In this document: piece by piece, positions 23,878 through 33,254 of the stretch
Position numbering within the stretch: the stretch's first letter is position 1
Layout of the letters: every line of letters begins with the position of its first letter
Origin: Octopus bimaculoides
Lineage: Eukaryota
Length of the DNA: 34,380 nt
Direction: 5' to 3'
Assembly: GCF_001194135.2 (NCBI RefSeq)
Contig: NC_068985.1
Location: 4,567,709 to 4,602,088, forward strand
Notes under the pieces: model-generated
What the model was told of the DNA's origin: nothing
Seen by the model: only the letters and a program-made list of their open reading frames with translations
Database searches by the model: none
Made by a program: the position numbers and the translations under genes

Positions 23878-24645
23878 TCAGCCAAAAAGGTCATCCAGTT
23901 CATTTCCAGCAGGGTTTGATGATGGAAAACCATTTTGCAGCTGCTGCGGTCCTGAACTGGCATTACTGAACTGGTTGTGATTGACAGTAGTCATGTTTGT
24001 GTTGCCTAATGCCATACCTTGAAAGCCAGGTGCCACCATGGGTGCACTGACTCTCATGCCTTGATTCATCATAACCTGTGGATGTGCTATCATGGCTGGT
24101 GGTTGGTTTAGCATTGTACCAACATTCCCCATCATTGCAATGCTTGTGCTGGAACTGGTTGGCATGAAGCCCATGTTGCCAGCTTTCATGCCACTTGTTG
24201 TTGAGGTCTTCTGAGCCATCTGGTTTAATGAGGGTTTCACTTGGGATGAGGATGGTGACAGAAGATTGTCAAAAGCTGAAAGGTCCACAGACTTGTTAGC
24301 AGCAGGCTTTGACTGGTTCAGAGGGACAATGGGGTTAGTTCTCTGCATAGGCATGCCACCACCTGACAGGGAGGAAGCACCAAAGGAAGAGCAAGCCATA
24401 TTTGACTGAGCCATGCTCCAGGAGTTATTTAATGGACCAGAATGTTGCAGTTGGTTTAGGTTGTTGTTGAGTAGTGTTGAGGTAAGGTCTTTGGGTTTAT
24501 GGTAACTTGAGCTTTGACTACCACAATTAGCACTCTTTTCATGATCAGGGTTTGCTTTAGGGACAAGCATACTTTGTTTCTTGTAAATGCTTTGTTGTTC
24601 CTGCTCACGTGCCAACCTCTGTTTCTCTTCCATGCTTAGACTCAC
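23878..24645 (-). CDS. SCYL2: SCY1-like protein 2, last coding exon
   Basis: tatttaacag|GTG acceptor; SLSMEEKQRLAREQEQ, KDLTSTLLNN, DLSAFDNL..KPSLNQM and terminal NELDDLFG-stop match motifs I recall from human SCYL2 (SLTLEEKQKLAKEQEQ, KDLTDTLMDN, DMSALNNL..KVSMNQL, NDLKDLFG). Confidence 0.95.
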   Translation of the reverse strand: MSLSMEEKQRLAREQEQQSIYKKQSMLVPKANPDHEKSANCGSQSSSYHKPKDLTSTLLNNNLNQLQHSGPLNNSWSMAQSNMACSSFGASSLSGGGMPMQRTNPIVPLNQSKPAANKSVDLSAFDNLLSPSSSQVKPSLNQMAQKTSTTSGMKAGNMGFMPTSSSTSIAMMGNVGTMLNQPPAMIAHPQVMMNQGMRVSAPMVAPGFQGMALGNTNMTTVNHNQFSNASSGPQQLQNGFPSSNPAGNELDDLFG

Positions 24646-24730
24646 CTGTTAAATATAAAGAAATATATTGTAATTTGGTTCTTTATTTCCTGCAGCATTA
24701 TTACAAAATATGCTGAGCCTTATCTAACCT

Positions 24731-24975
24731 GGAGTAAAGATCGTTTGCCAACATAACATGGCAGTCCTGGTTTAGGACAAATGTTGCTGTAATTCAGCGT
24801 CAGGAGACATCCTCTCCAGCTGGCTTATGCAACACAATCTGTGACCTTATATTTTCGAACAAGGGAATCCAGCACCCCTACCCGGCTCAAAACATGTTAT
24901 GTTGGCAAACAATCTTCACTCTAAACTACTGTTGCTGTATATATCTCGTGAGATTTAGAAATAGTAATTTTCTTA
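24731..24975 (+). mobile_element. Internally deleted copy of palindromic family D element
   Basis: Left arm 24731-24894 is fused to the last ~27 bp of the right arm plus the same ~55-bp flank seen at 29251-29307. Confidence 0.85.
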
Positions 24976-25089
24976 TCTAACTTTTAAATTGAAATAAACA
25001 CAATTTTACTTGTTCTCAGTAGATAACTAGACTACAATACTAAAATTATATATTTAATGTGTAATTAAAGCCGAGAAAAATAAACCTAC

Positions 25090-25236
25090 CTTTGCTGGCT
25101 GATTAAAGATTCTAGAAGGAGTTGTCTCACTGTTTAATTTTTCAGTAGGACTTTCTAGACAAGGGCTAACTGTTTGGTTTTTAGCAGATGCTGTCAGCAA
25201 AGAGTTAAGGCCATAACCAGAAATGAACTTATCCAT
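25090..25236 (-). CDS. SCYL2: SCYL2 penultimate coding exon
   Basis: ttctattttag|ATG acceptor and AAG|gtaggt donor; 49 codons, phase 0/0, joins the last exon; MDKFI aligns with human IDKVF. Confidence 0.85.
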
Positions 25237-25689
25237 CTAAAATAGAAAAATAATTATTCATTTCCAGTATTTGAATTTGTGGTTTTATTTTCTATGAAAC
25301 ATAAATCAATTTTTTGCAGCAGCATAATTAAAACAAAAATGAGTAACACTTTTTTTTTTTTGTCATTATCGTGAAATGCTGTCTCTGTTAACCATGGCTT
25401 CAAGGTGGTATGTCATATATTTTTACATAAACTTGAAGTATTTTATGTCCTATTTAGACGACTCTTTGAGATTAGTTCTGTAAATGAAAATGTTTTTACT
25501 ACACACTCTTTCACATGAACTTTAGTGCCCAAGAAGGTGAGGAGGTTATAGTCTTCAGATCTTTTGCCTCAATGTAAATATTTTCCCAAAGAAAATCTGA
25601 TTTCTTTCTTTCCCTCCCCCATATTTAGACCTCTCACTCACCTTTATTTTCTAATTGGAATATCCATGTATCTACTCTCCCTCAAGACA

Positions 25690-26031
25690 CCTACCTCTGG
25701 CCCTCCCATTTCAGGGATTTTGTCTTGCAAGACATTTGGTGACCCTTTTTGGTGCTGGTACCATGCATCCCATACAAAACCTGGTGGCATGTAAAAAGCA
25801 CCATTCAAGCGTGGTCAACGTCAGTACCGCTTAGCTGGCCCTCATGCCAGTGGCACATAAAAGCACCCACTACACTCTCGGAGTGGTTGGCATTAAGAAG
25901 GGCATCCAGCTGTAGAAACTTTGCCAGATCAGACTGGAGCCTGATGTGGCTTCCTGGCTTGCCAGTCCACAGTCAAACTGTCCAACCCATGCCAGCATGG
26001 AAAACAGACATTAAACAACAATGATGATGAT
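25690..26031 (+). mobile_element. Family B repeat ending in (GAT)n
   Basis: ggcacataaaagcacccactacactctcggagtggttggc..ccaacccatgccagcatggaaaacagacattaaac. Confidence 0.8.
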
Positions 26032-26039
26032 CCTCGTCC

Positions 26040-26281
26040 TTTTTCTATCAGTCTCTTTTACCAAACTGCTAAGTTATGGGGACATAAATCCACCAGCAAT
26101 GGGGGGGGGGAGACAAACAGACACATAAATAGATACGATGGACTTCTTTCAGTTTCTGTCTACCAAATCCACTCACAGGTCTTTGGTTGGCCCGAGGCTA
26201 TAGTAGAAGACGCACAGTGGGACTGAACCTGGAACCATAGGGTTGGGAAGCAAGCTACTTACCACACAGCCACTCCTGCGC
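26040..26281 (-). mobile_element. SINE family A
   Basis: Reverse complement begins gcgcaggagtggctgtgtggtaagtagcttgcttcccaacc. Confidence 0.85.
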
Positions 26282-26440
26282 TGTTATAAAGAAAGCAATG
26301 AAAAACATGCAGTAAGAAAACCAAACCAGCACCTGTCCACCACCACCAGCAGCAGCATTATCGGTTATGAAATTAGTGACATACTCTTCAAGATCAACAG
26401 AAACTTAGGGCCCTGTGCCTGGAGTAGGAAACAATAATTA

Positions 26441-27222
26441 AGGCAGTAATCTGGCAGAACCGTTTGCATGCAACTATTTTGTCTGCCATTACATTCTGAG
26501 TTCAAATTCCGCCGAGGCCGACTTTGCCCTTATCCTTTCGGGGTCGATAAATTAAGTACCAGTTGCGTACTGAATAAATCTAATCAACTGGCCCCGTCCC
26601 CACAAAAATTTGGGGCCTTGTACATAGAGTAGAAAAGAATATTATTGATCTTCAGAATAAGGGGTCGAGCTGGCAGAATCATTAGCACACCAGGCAAAAT
26701 GCTTGCAAGTATTTCATTTGCCGCTAAGTTCTGAGTTCAAATTCCGCTGAGGTCATCTTAACCTTTAATCCTTTCAGGGTCGATTAAATAAGTACCAGTT
26801 ACGCACTGGGGTTGATATAATTGACTTAATCCCTTCTTCCCCCAAGCTGCCCTTATGGCAAAAATTTGAAATCGTTGTTAACCTTCAGAATCTTTGCAAG
26901 AACAATTCTATACGCTTCATTGCATAGACATAGAGTTGCAGCAGAAGGAATCCTTTCTTTTCAAAACCTAGGGATAAGCCTTTTCTGAACTGTTAAGGGT
27001 CAGTGTATTTTATCCTTGACTGGATTTAGAGACAGACAAAATGCTGACTAGTGTTCAGGGGTTCAAGTTGCACTGTGGCCAACTTTATCTTTCGTCCTTC
27101 CAGGGTCAATAAAACAAGTACCATTTGAATCCCGAGGGGGGGGGGGGCAATCAATGTAATCGACTTGTCCCCCACCCTCCCCTGAAATTGCTGGCCTTGT
27201 GCAAAAATTTGAAACCAGTATT
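26441..27222 (+). mobile_element. Cluster of three family C SINEs (26441-26646, 26659-26872, about 27041-27222)
   Basis: Repeated ttctgagttcaaattccgc, cctttcggggtcgat and aagtaccagtt blocks in the same orientation. Confidence 0.85.
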
Positions 27223-27472
27223 TGTTGATGAAAAGACATCAAGCATTGTTATGCAGATTTTTTTAATACTTCGAATGTCTGCAGATTATCTTAATTCCCA
27301 TAAAATCAAGAAGATTGGGTCCCACTGAGCAGCAGACCGCTTCCATTCAATTTCATACAACATAACTTTTAGTTGCTGTCCACAAAATAATGGGACAACT
27401 TATTATTTTCTAACCCCTAAATCAACAAGAATAAGGAAGTGATTTACAAAACCATTTTGTTTTATATAGAGC

Positions 27473-27748
27473 GTGGCACCTTGAGCTAGTGTCTTCTACT
27501 ATAGCCTCAAGCTGACCAAAGCTTTGTGAGTGGATTTGGTAGACAGAAACTGAAAGAAGCCCGTCATATATATGTGTCTGTGTTTGTCCCTAACAACATC
27601 GCTTGACAACCAATGCTAGTGTGTTTACATCCCCGTAACCTAGCAGTTTGGGGCTTATAAAGAATAAGTCCTGGGGTCGATTTGCTTGACTAAAGGCGGT
27701 GCTCCAGCATGGCTGCAGTCAAATGATTGAAACAAGTAAAAGAATAAA
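27473..27748 (+). mobile_element. SINE family A (5'-truncated)
   Basis: gtggcaccttgagc..gtgagtggatttggtagac..gctccagcatggctgcagtcaaatgattgaaacaagtaaaaga. Confidence 0.85.
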
Positions 27749-27897
27749 CGAATACAGATTACTATTGATATCCTCTACCTTCTGCAACGGCTCAACCGTA
27801 AGTGAGGGCAAAGAAATTAGCTTATTTACCCAGATCCAAAATTTTTGATATTTTTCAATCCTAATATTAAAACAAACACAGATTTAATAATGATAAT

Positions 27898-28115
27898 TCA
27901 TCATCATCATCATCGTTTAACGTCTGTTTTCCATGCTGGCATGGGTTGGACGGTTCGACTGGGGTCTGGGAAGCCAGGAGGCTGCACCAGGCTCCAGTCT
28001 GATTTGGCAGAGTTTCTACAGCTGGATGCCCTTCGTAACACCCACCACTACGAGAGTGTAGTGGGTGCTTTTTTAAGTGCCACCAGCACAGGCGCCGGAG
28101 GGGGCTGGCATCGAC
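27898..28115 (-). mobile_element. Family B tail repeat
   Basis: (CAT)n followed by cgtttaacgtctgttttccatgctggcatgggttggacg. Confidence 0.85.
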
Positions 28116-28164
28116 TTGTTTTGGCAATGAAGATATTCAAAGCATTTTCATTGCCCCTTAAAAA

Positions 28165-28340
28165 TTTTAGAGGTTGCAAGCGTACCCCTTGTTTCCAAGC
28201 CAACAAACACAAAACTCCATAAATCTTGGATTTGCTTTAAATGTCAAACACTGTGTATCAGAAACATTGTGAATGAGTGAAAAGACTTTTGGCAAGGAAA
28301 TCCTGTGGAATAAGACGGAGTGGTTTGTTTGGTAAATTCA
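28165..28340 (+). mobile_element. Possible highly decayed Tc1-like transposase fragment
   Basis: RGCKRTPCFQANKHK..LGFA..KEILW loosely resembles the Tc1 pattern RGCRPRRTPLL..HLKARL.FA..W.KVLWSDE; needs frameshifts, so support is weak. Confidence 0.3.
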
Positions 28341-28960
28341 AAGAGACAACATCCAAGAATCGCTAAGTATGAATGAGAAGATCAACAACTTGTAATAATC
28401 GTCCATTAAAGAGTCGAAAAGTGTTTCACAATTTATGAAATTTTTCATGGCTCAACAAACGAATAAGTCATTTCATGAACACAACTTCAACATGAAGAAC
28501 AATAAGTTAGGAAGAAGAATACGAAAGGAACAAAGCATTAAGAGAGTTAAAGGAAACATGCAAGAAAATCCACAATTTTATTTTTATGAAAATATCTCTG
28601 AGGCAATTTTGCTGTTTGCTAACTCTATAACACAAAAGGAGTCACCTTAGTTCTGCTGTGGGTTGTATCCAATATTCATGCAGGGATTAACCAAAGACAA
28701 CAGCAGATAATATACTGATGCAAGAGTGGTGATGGTCATATTTAACAGAGCTCATGCAAATAACAAGATGGTGGAAACAGATAAAAGTATGGAGTAAAGA
28801 TTGTTTGCCAACATAACATGGCAGTCCTGGTTGAGGATGAATGCTGCTGTAATTTAACCCCAGGAGACATCGTCTCCAGCTGGCTATACGACATGATCTG
28901 TTTTACCTTATATTTTCGAACAAGGGAATCTAGCACCCCCACTCAGCTCAAAACAATATC

Positions 28961-29001
28961 TGTGTATCGTGATTTCTGGGTTATCTCCCTTCATCAGCAC
29001 A
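28961..29001 (-). ncRNA. Minimal hammerhead ribozyme-like motif (left arm of palindrome)
   Basis: Minus strand TGTG-CTGATGA-AGGGAGATAACCCA-GAA-ATCACGAT-A-CACA; helix II GGG/CCC; one substitution in the helix III palindrome. Confidence 0.5.
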
Positions 29002-29041
29002 CAATAATTTGGCAGTGCCACCTCTAGCCGAACAATTATTG

Positions 29042-29082
29042 TGTGCTGATGAAGGGAAATAACCTAGAAATCGCGATACACA
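29042..29082 (+). ncRNA. Minimal type I hammerhead ribozyme-like motif (right arm of palindrome)
   Basis: TGTG-CTGATGA-AGGGAAATAACCTA-GAA-ATCGCGAT-A-CACA: conserved core, helix I TGTG/CACA, palindromic helix III, AUA triplet; junction of helix II is non-canonical. Confidence 0.6.
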
Positions 29083-29520
29083 GATATTGTTTTGAGCTGA
29101 GTGGGGGTGCTAGATTCCCTTGTTCGAAAATATAAGGACACAGATCATATCGTATAGCCAACTGGAGACCATGTCTCCTGGGGCTAAATTACAGCAACAT
29201 TCATCCTAAACCAGGACTGCCATTTTATGTTGGCAAACAATCTTTACTCCAAAGTATTGTTGCTGTATATCTCTCGTTGTGGGATTTAAAAATAGTAATT
29301 TTCTAAGATAAAACTATCTTTGACTGAAATAAGCAAGACATGAAAACTAACCAACACAGAATACGGAACTAACTTTGAACGTAGACCAACGTTTGCTTTC
29401 ATCCATTAAATGACTGACATTGTACCACAGTCCCAATTCACCAATGAATTGCAGACCACAACAATACACAACAGTTGAGACTTCATTTTCTCAAGAGTTT
29501 GCATTTTAAGATATTTTGCC

Positions 29521-29884
29521 TTGTACATTATTTACAATTGACGGATATTTGTCCTCATCTTGTTTGTTGTTAACACAACGTTTCGGCTGATATACCCTCC
29601 AGCTTTCATCAGGTGTCTTGGGGAAATTTCGAACCTGGGTTCTCATTCCTAAAGTATGTTTCGATGTTGTTGTTATTATAATTATTATTATTATTATTCA
29701 GGTCACTGCCTGGAATCAAACTCGGAATCTTGGGGTTAATAGCCCACGCTCTTAACCACTACATCATATACCCGTGGGCATATCAGCCGAAACATTGTGT
29801 TAACAACAAACTAGATGAGGACAAATATTTGTCAAATGTAAATAATATAGATAATTCCTCATCTCTTAAATATAGAACTGTATT
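29521..29884 (-). mobile_element. Family E: inverted-repeat element with tRNA-like head, (AAT)n linker and hammerhead motif
   Basis: 67-bp inverted repeats at 29527-29593 and 29780-29846 (5 mismatches); tRNA-like segment 29706-29765 on minus; (ATT)n at about 29673-29697. Confidence 0.8.
29572..29617 (-). ncRNA. Minimal type I hammerhead ribozyme-like motif in family E
   Basis: Minus strand GACAC-CTGATGA-AAGCTG-GAGGGTATAT-CAGCC-GAA-ACGT-T-GTGTT: helix I GACAC/GTGTT, helix II GCTG/CAGC, palindromic helix III ACGT, GUU triplet. Confidence 0.65.
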
Positions 29885-30315
29885 ATATTTAGCCTTGTCT
29901 GAAATAAATATTTTCTTGATCAACATGCAATTCCATTCTTGTAGTAAACTCCCAAACTACAAATTGTTTAGCTTCCAAGGACATTCTAGTTGTGACCGCC
30001 TTACCTTTTTGTTAGCCAAGACTGCATTGTCTAATATTTTCCTCTTTTTAAAGACAATACAAGGTGTGGTTTGAATGAGATTTAAATGCTACTTTTAGCA
30101 AATCAATTAAACAGCATACAGTCTCATCAGATGGAAGTTCAGTGTTTGGCCCAAAAGACAGGATATAAACTAATTAGTCTTCAGCTGATAATTGTTTTGC
30201 TCTCAACACAATATGTGAGCTTTAAGAGACGATATTTTGTGGTTACACGAATGAAATGTAAGCACAATGATTGTTAAACCAAATCATAGCTGTTATGACA
30301 GGCTGTTAACAATCT

Positions 30316-30505
30316 AAGGCAGAAGAACTGTTAGCAGACTCAACCAAATGCTTGGCGGCATTTCATCCATCTTCACATTCTCAGCTCAAATTCTGCCAAG
30401 GCCTGCTTTACGTTTTGGGGGGGGTCAATAAAATATCATTTGACCACTTGGATCAATGTAATCAACGACACCCTCCCCCCTGAAATTGCAGTCCTTGCAC
30501 CAAAA
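30316..30505 (+). mobile_element. Degenerate family C SINE
   Basis: aaggcagaagaactg..aaatgcttggcggcatttc..ctcaaattctgccaagg. Confidence 0.65.
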
Positions 30506-31289
30506 GTGTCGGAGGCTACATAACATGATGACATTTGAAATAAATTGAACCGGAACGTGTGGGTGTCCATTTGATAAGTCATATCAAGATTTTGGTGTTG
30601 AAGATTATATGGAGGTCTGGTGTGTAAGAGTGTATATAATCTGTTTGTGTGACCATGTCAATGTGCAGGGATCATTTTAAGAACTTGGAAAACTCATTTT
30701 TAGCACCGGTTTCTCAGTTCTACTTGAGTCCTGCTGTGTTTTATTTCCCCACACGTTTTTCACTGTCAAACACCACTAACGAACACCTTTCAAAACAGGA
30801 AAATAACCAAGAAGGAAACAGAAAGACAACTACACGAAGCAAACAGAGACATTCTTTCATCGCATCAACAAATGGTTAACTTGAAAGTGTCAGGGAGGAG
30901 GAGTGATAGCAAGAGAACATGCAGCCAACATGAACAACAACACCAAAGAAGCAGTCACATGGAGATAAAAACTAGAATTACAAATCTCTCACACACACAC
31001 ATAATGCACTTAAAGGTAATGCTGTGAGGTGTGCAAGCTTACCTTACTGTTATTCCTTTCGCTCTGGTTAACCCAAGAAAATGAGAAAACAGCATGTGAC
31101 AATATACAATTGAGCAGCTACACGTAACATTTAAGAGCTTAACATTGGCATAAAAGACAACCGCAAACAATCAAATAAACATTTAGCTCTGGCCCTTCCC
31201 TGTCCTATTAGAGGTAGCCAAGCATCCCCTCAGTAATAAGACAACTATCCCTCTGCCCCTCTATTATGCTCTAACCTCTCACCTGGGTC

Positions 31290-31530
31290 ACAGCTTTGGT
31301 TCCACTCCCTCCCTCAGCTGAGAGGTCTTTGTCTTGCAATCTGCTGGCTGACCCCACTGGTGCTGGTGCCACATAAAAAGCACCCAGTACACTCTGTAAA
31401 GTGGTTGGTGTTAGGAAGGGCAGCCAATATAGAAACCATACCAAAGCAGACAGATGGGGCTTGGTGCAGCCCTCCAGCTCCTGTCAAACCCCTACCAGCA
31501 CAGAAAACAGATGATAAACGATGGTGATGA
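31290..31530 (+). mobile_element. Family B-related repeat
   Basis: ggtgctggtgccacataaaaagcacccagtacactctgtaaagtggttggtgttaggaagggca. Confidence 0.7.
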
Positions 31531-31879
31531 TTTATGCTGGAGGCAGGTTGTATTTGTTAATTATCAATTCTTTGAAAATGTGAAACTCAATAACGATATA
31601 CCAACACACAGTTTCAATTCCACCATCAACATCATTTATCTCTGCATGAGTCGAAGGAGTCAAGAGAAAGTTGACCAGTTTTTGTCCAAGACAGGTCAGC
31701 CACCAGGAGTCACTCTTACACTCACAACATATAACATGTAATGTTTTATGCAGAGCCATACAGCAAAAAAAAAAACATAACTGAATTAAAGCACTCAATA
31801 CATTTAAATAGAGTGGATATGAAATTTAATATTATAAAGAAGAAGACTTCGACTGCAAAGAATGTGTGGGTGTGTGTAT

Positions 31880-32200
31880 TTTTACTTGTTTCAGTCATTA
31901 GACTGTGGCCATGCTGGGGCACCGCTATCTTTCTTTTTTTTATTCTGTTGGACTCTTTTGCTGAACTGCTAAGTTACAGGGATGTAAACACACCAACACT
32001 GGTTGTCAAGTGATGGTGGGCGACAAATAGACACAAAAGCACACACACACACATATATATGATAGGTTTCTTTCAGTTTCCATCTACTAAGTCCACTCAC
32101 AAGTCTTCAGTTGGCCCAAGGTTATAGTAGAAGACACGAGGTGCCACGCAGTGGAACTGAAACCAGGACCATGTGGTTGGGAAGCAAGCTTCTTGCCACA
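31880..32200 (-). mobile_element. SINE family A
   Basis: Reverse complement of the 32591 copy, with internal deletions. Confidence 0.85.
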
Positions 32201-32590
32201 GTTATGTAACCTACACTGCTAGAAAATATATTTGATTGGTTTCTATTTAATGGAAAATACTAAAAACTAAATCCCTGTTCAGAATAAACCAGCAGAACAA
32301 TGAAAAAAACAAGAATGTTGATTTAAAAGCTCATGGATTATTTTCATAAGTCTCACTAAATCGCATCAAATTAACCCATTTTATCCCAATATCTACAAGT
32401 ACATATTATTTAGCACACAACAGGTTATTGTCAACTGACAGATTTAAATTGTGTGAAACAGAGAGAGAGTGAGAGCTATTCAATTCATTTTTGGTAGAAA
32501 ACCAGATAATTGTAGTCATTTAAGTTTTTTTTTGTTTGGTTGCAAACTTGAAATAATGAAAATCACAAAAACATGTAAAATATTATCCAT

Positions 32591-32753
32591 AGTGGCTGTG
32601 TGGTAAGTAGCTTGCTTATGATCCACATGGTTCCGAGTTCAGTCCCACTGCGTGGCACCTTGAGCAAGTGTCTTCTACTATAGTCTCGGGCCGACCAAAG
32701 TCTTGTGAGTGGATTTGGTAGACTGAAACTGAAAGAAGCCCGTCGTATATATG

Positions 32754-32804
<51 letters not shown>

Positions 32805-32998
32805 CTGTGTCTGTCCCCCCAACATCGCTTGACAACCGATGCTGGTGTGTTTACATCCCCGTAACTTAGCGGTTTGGCAAAAAGGGACCGATAGAATAAG
32901 TACTAGGCTTACAAAGAATAAGTCCTGCGGTCGATTTTCTCGACTAAAGGCGGTACTCAGACATGGCCGCAGTCAAATGACTGAAACAAGTAAAAGAG
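32591..32998 (+). mobile_element. Near full-length tRNA-derived SINE (family A) with internal (TA)n
   Basis: A-box-like TGGCTGTGTGGTAAG, B-box-like GAGTTCAGTCCC, internal microsatellite, and gaaacaagtaaaagagta tail. Confidence 0.9.
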
Positions 32999-33254
32999 TA
33001 ATCCATTTAATAAACATGTATTTTTCTCCTATGCCATGGAGTAAAAGCAACGGAATTGTTCGGAGTTGCAAACATTTTGTAGTCATTTTCCGATTTTGGA
33101 TCCCACGTCATCTCAAGGTCTGCAAATGTAGACCCTTCAAGAAAATAGGAACCCCTTTAATTCAATGAAGCTGAAATTTCACCAATAACTATGTTTGATT
33201 AAAACAGACCCGAGTTCATAATTTCATAGGTTTTACTACATTTCTTCTATCCTT

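Larger units (their letters stand above)
28791..29307 (+). mobile_element. Family D: 460-bp palindromic element with asymmetric 3' extension, probably Penelope-like pLTR-derived
   Basis: Arms 28791-29009 and 29034-29250 are inverted copies with about 10 substitutions and one small indel and a 24-nt spacer; the 29251-29307 extension is shared with the 24731 copy. Confidence 0.85.

Noticed and set aside
29706-29765. tRNA gene
   Set aside because: Has A/B-box-like motifs but no complete acceptor stem and is embedded in a repeat; treated as a SINE-like head. The same holds for the heads of families A and C.
31532-31798. 88-aa minus-strand ORF as a SCYL2 exon
   Set aside because: No similarity to SCYL2 HEAT or coiled-coil sequence that I recall, and no convincing splice pair.
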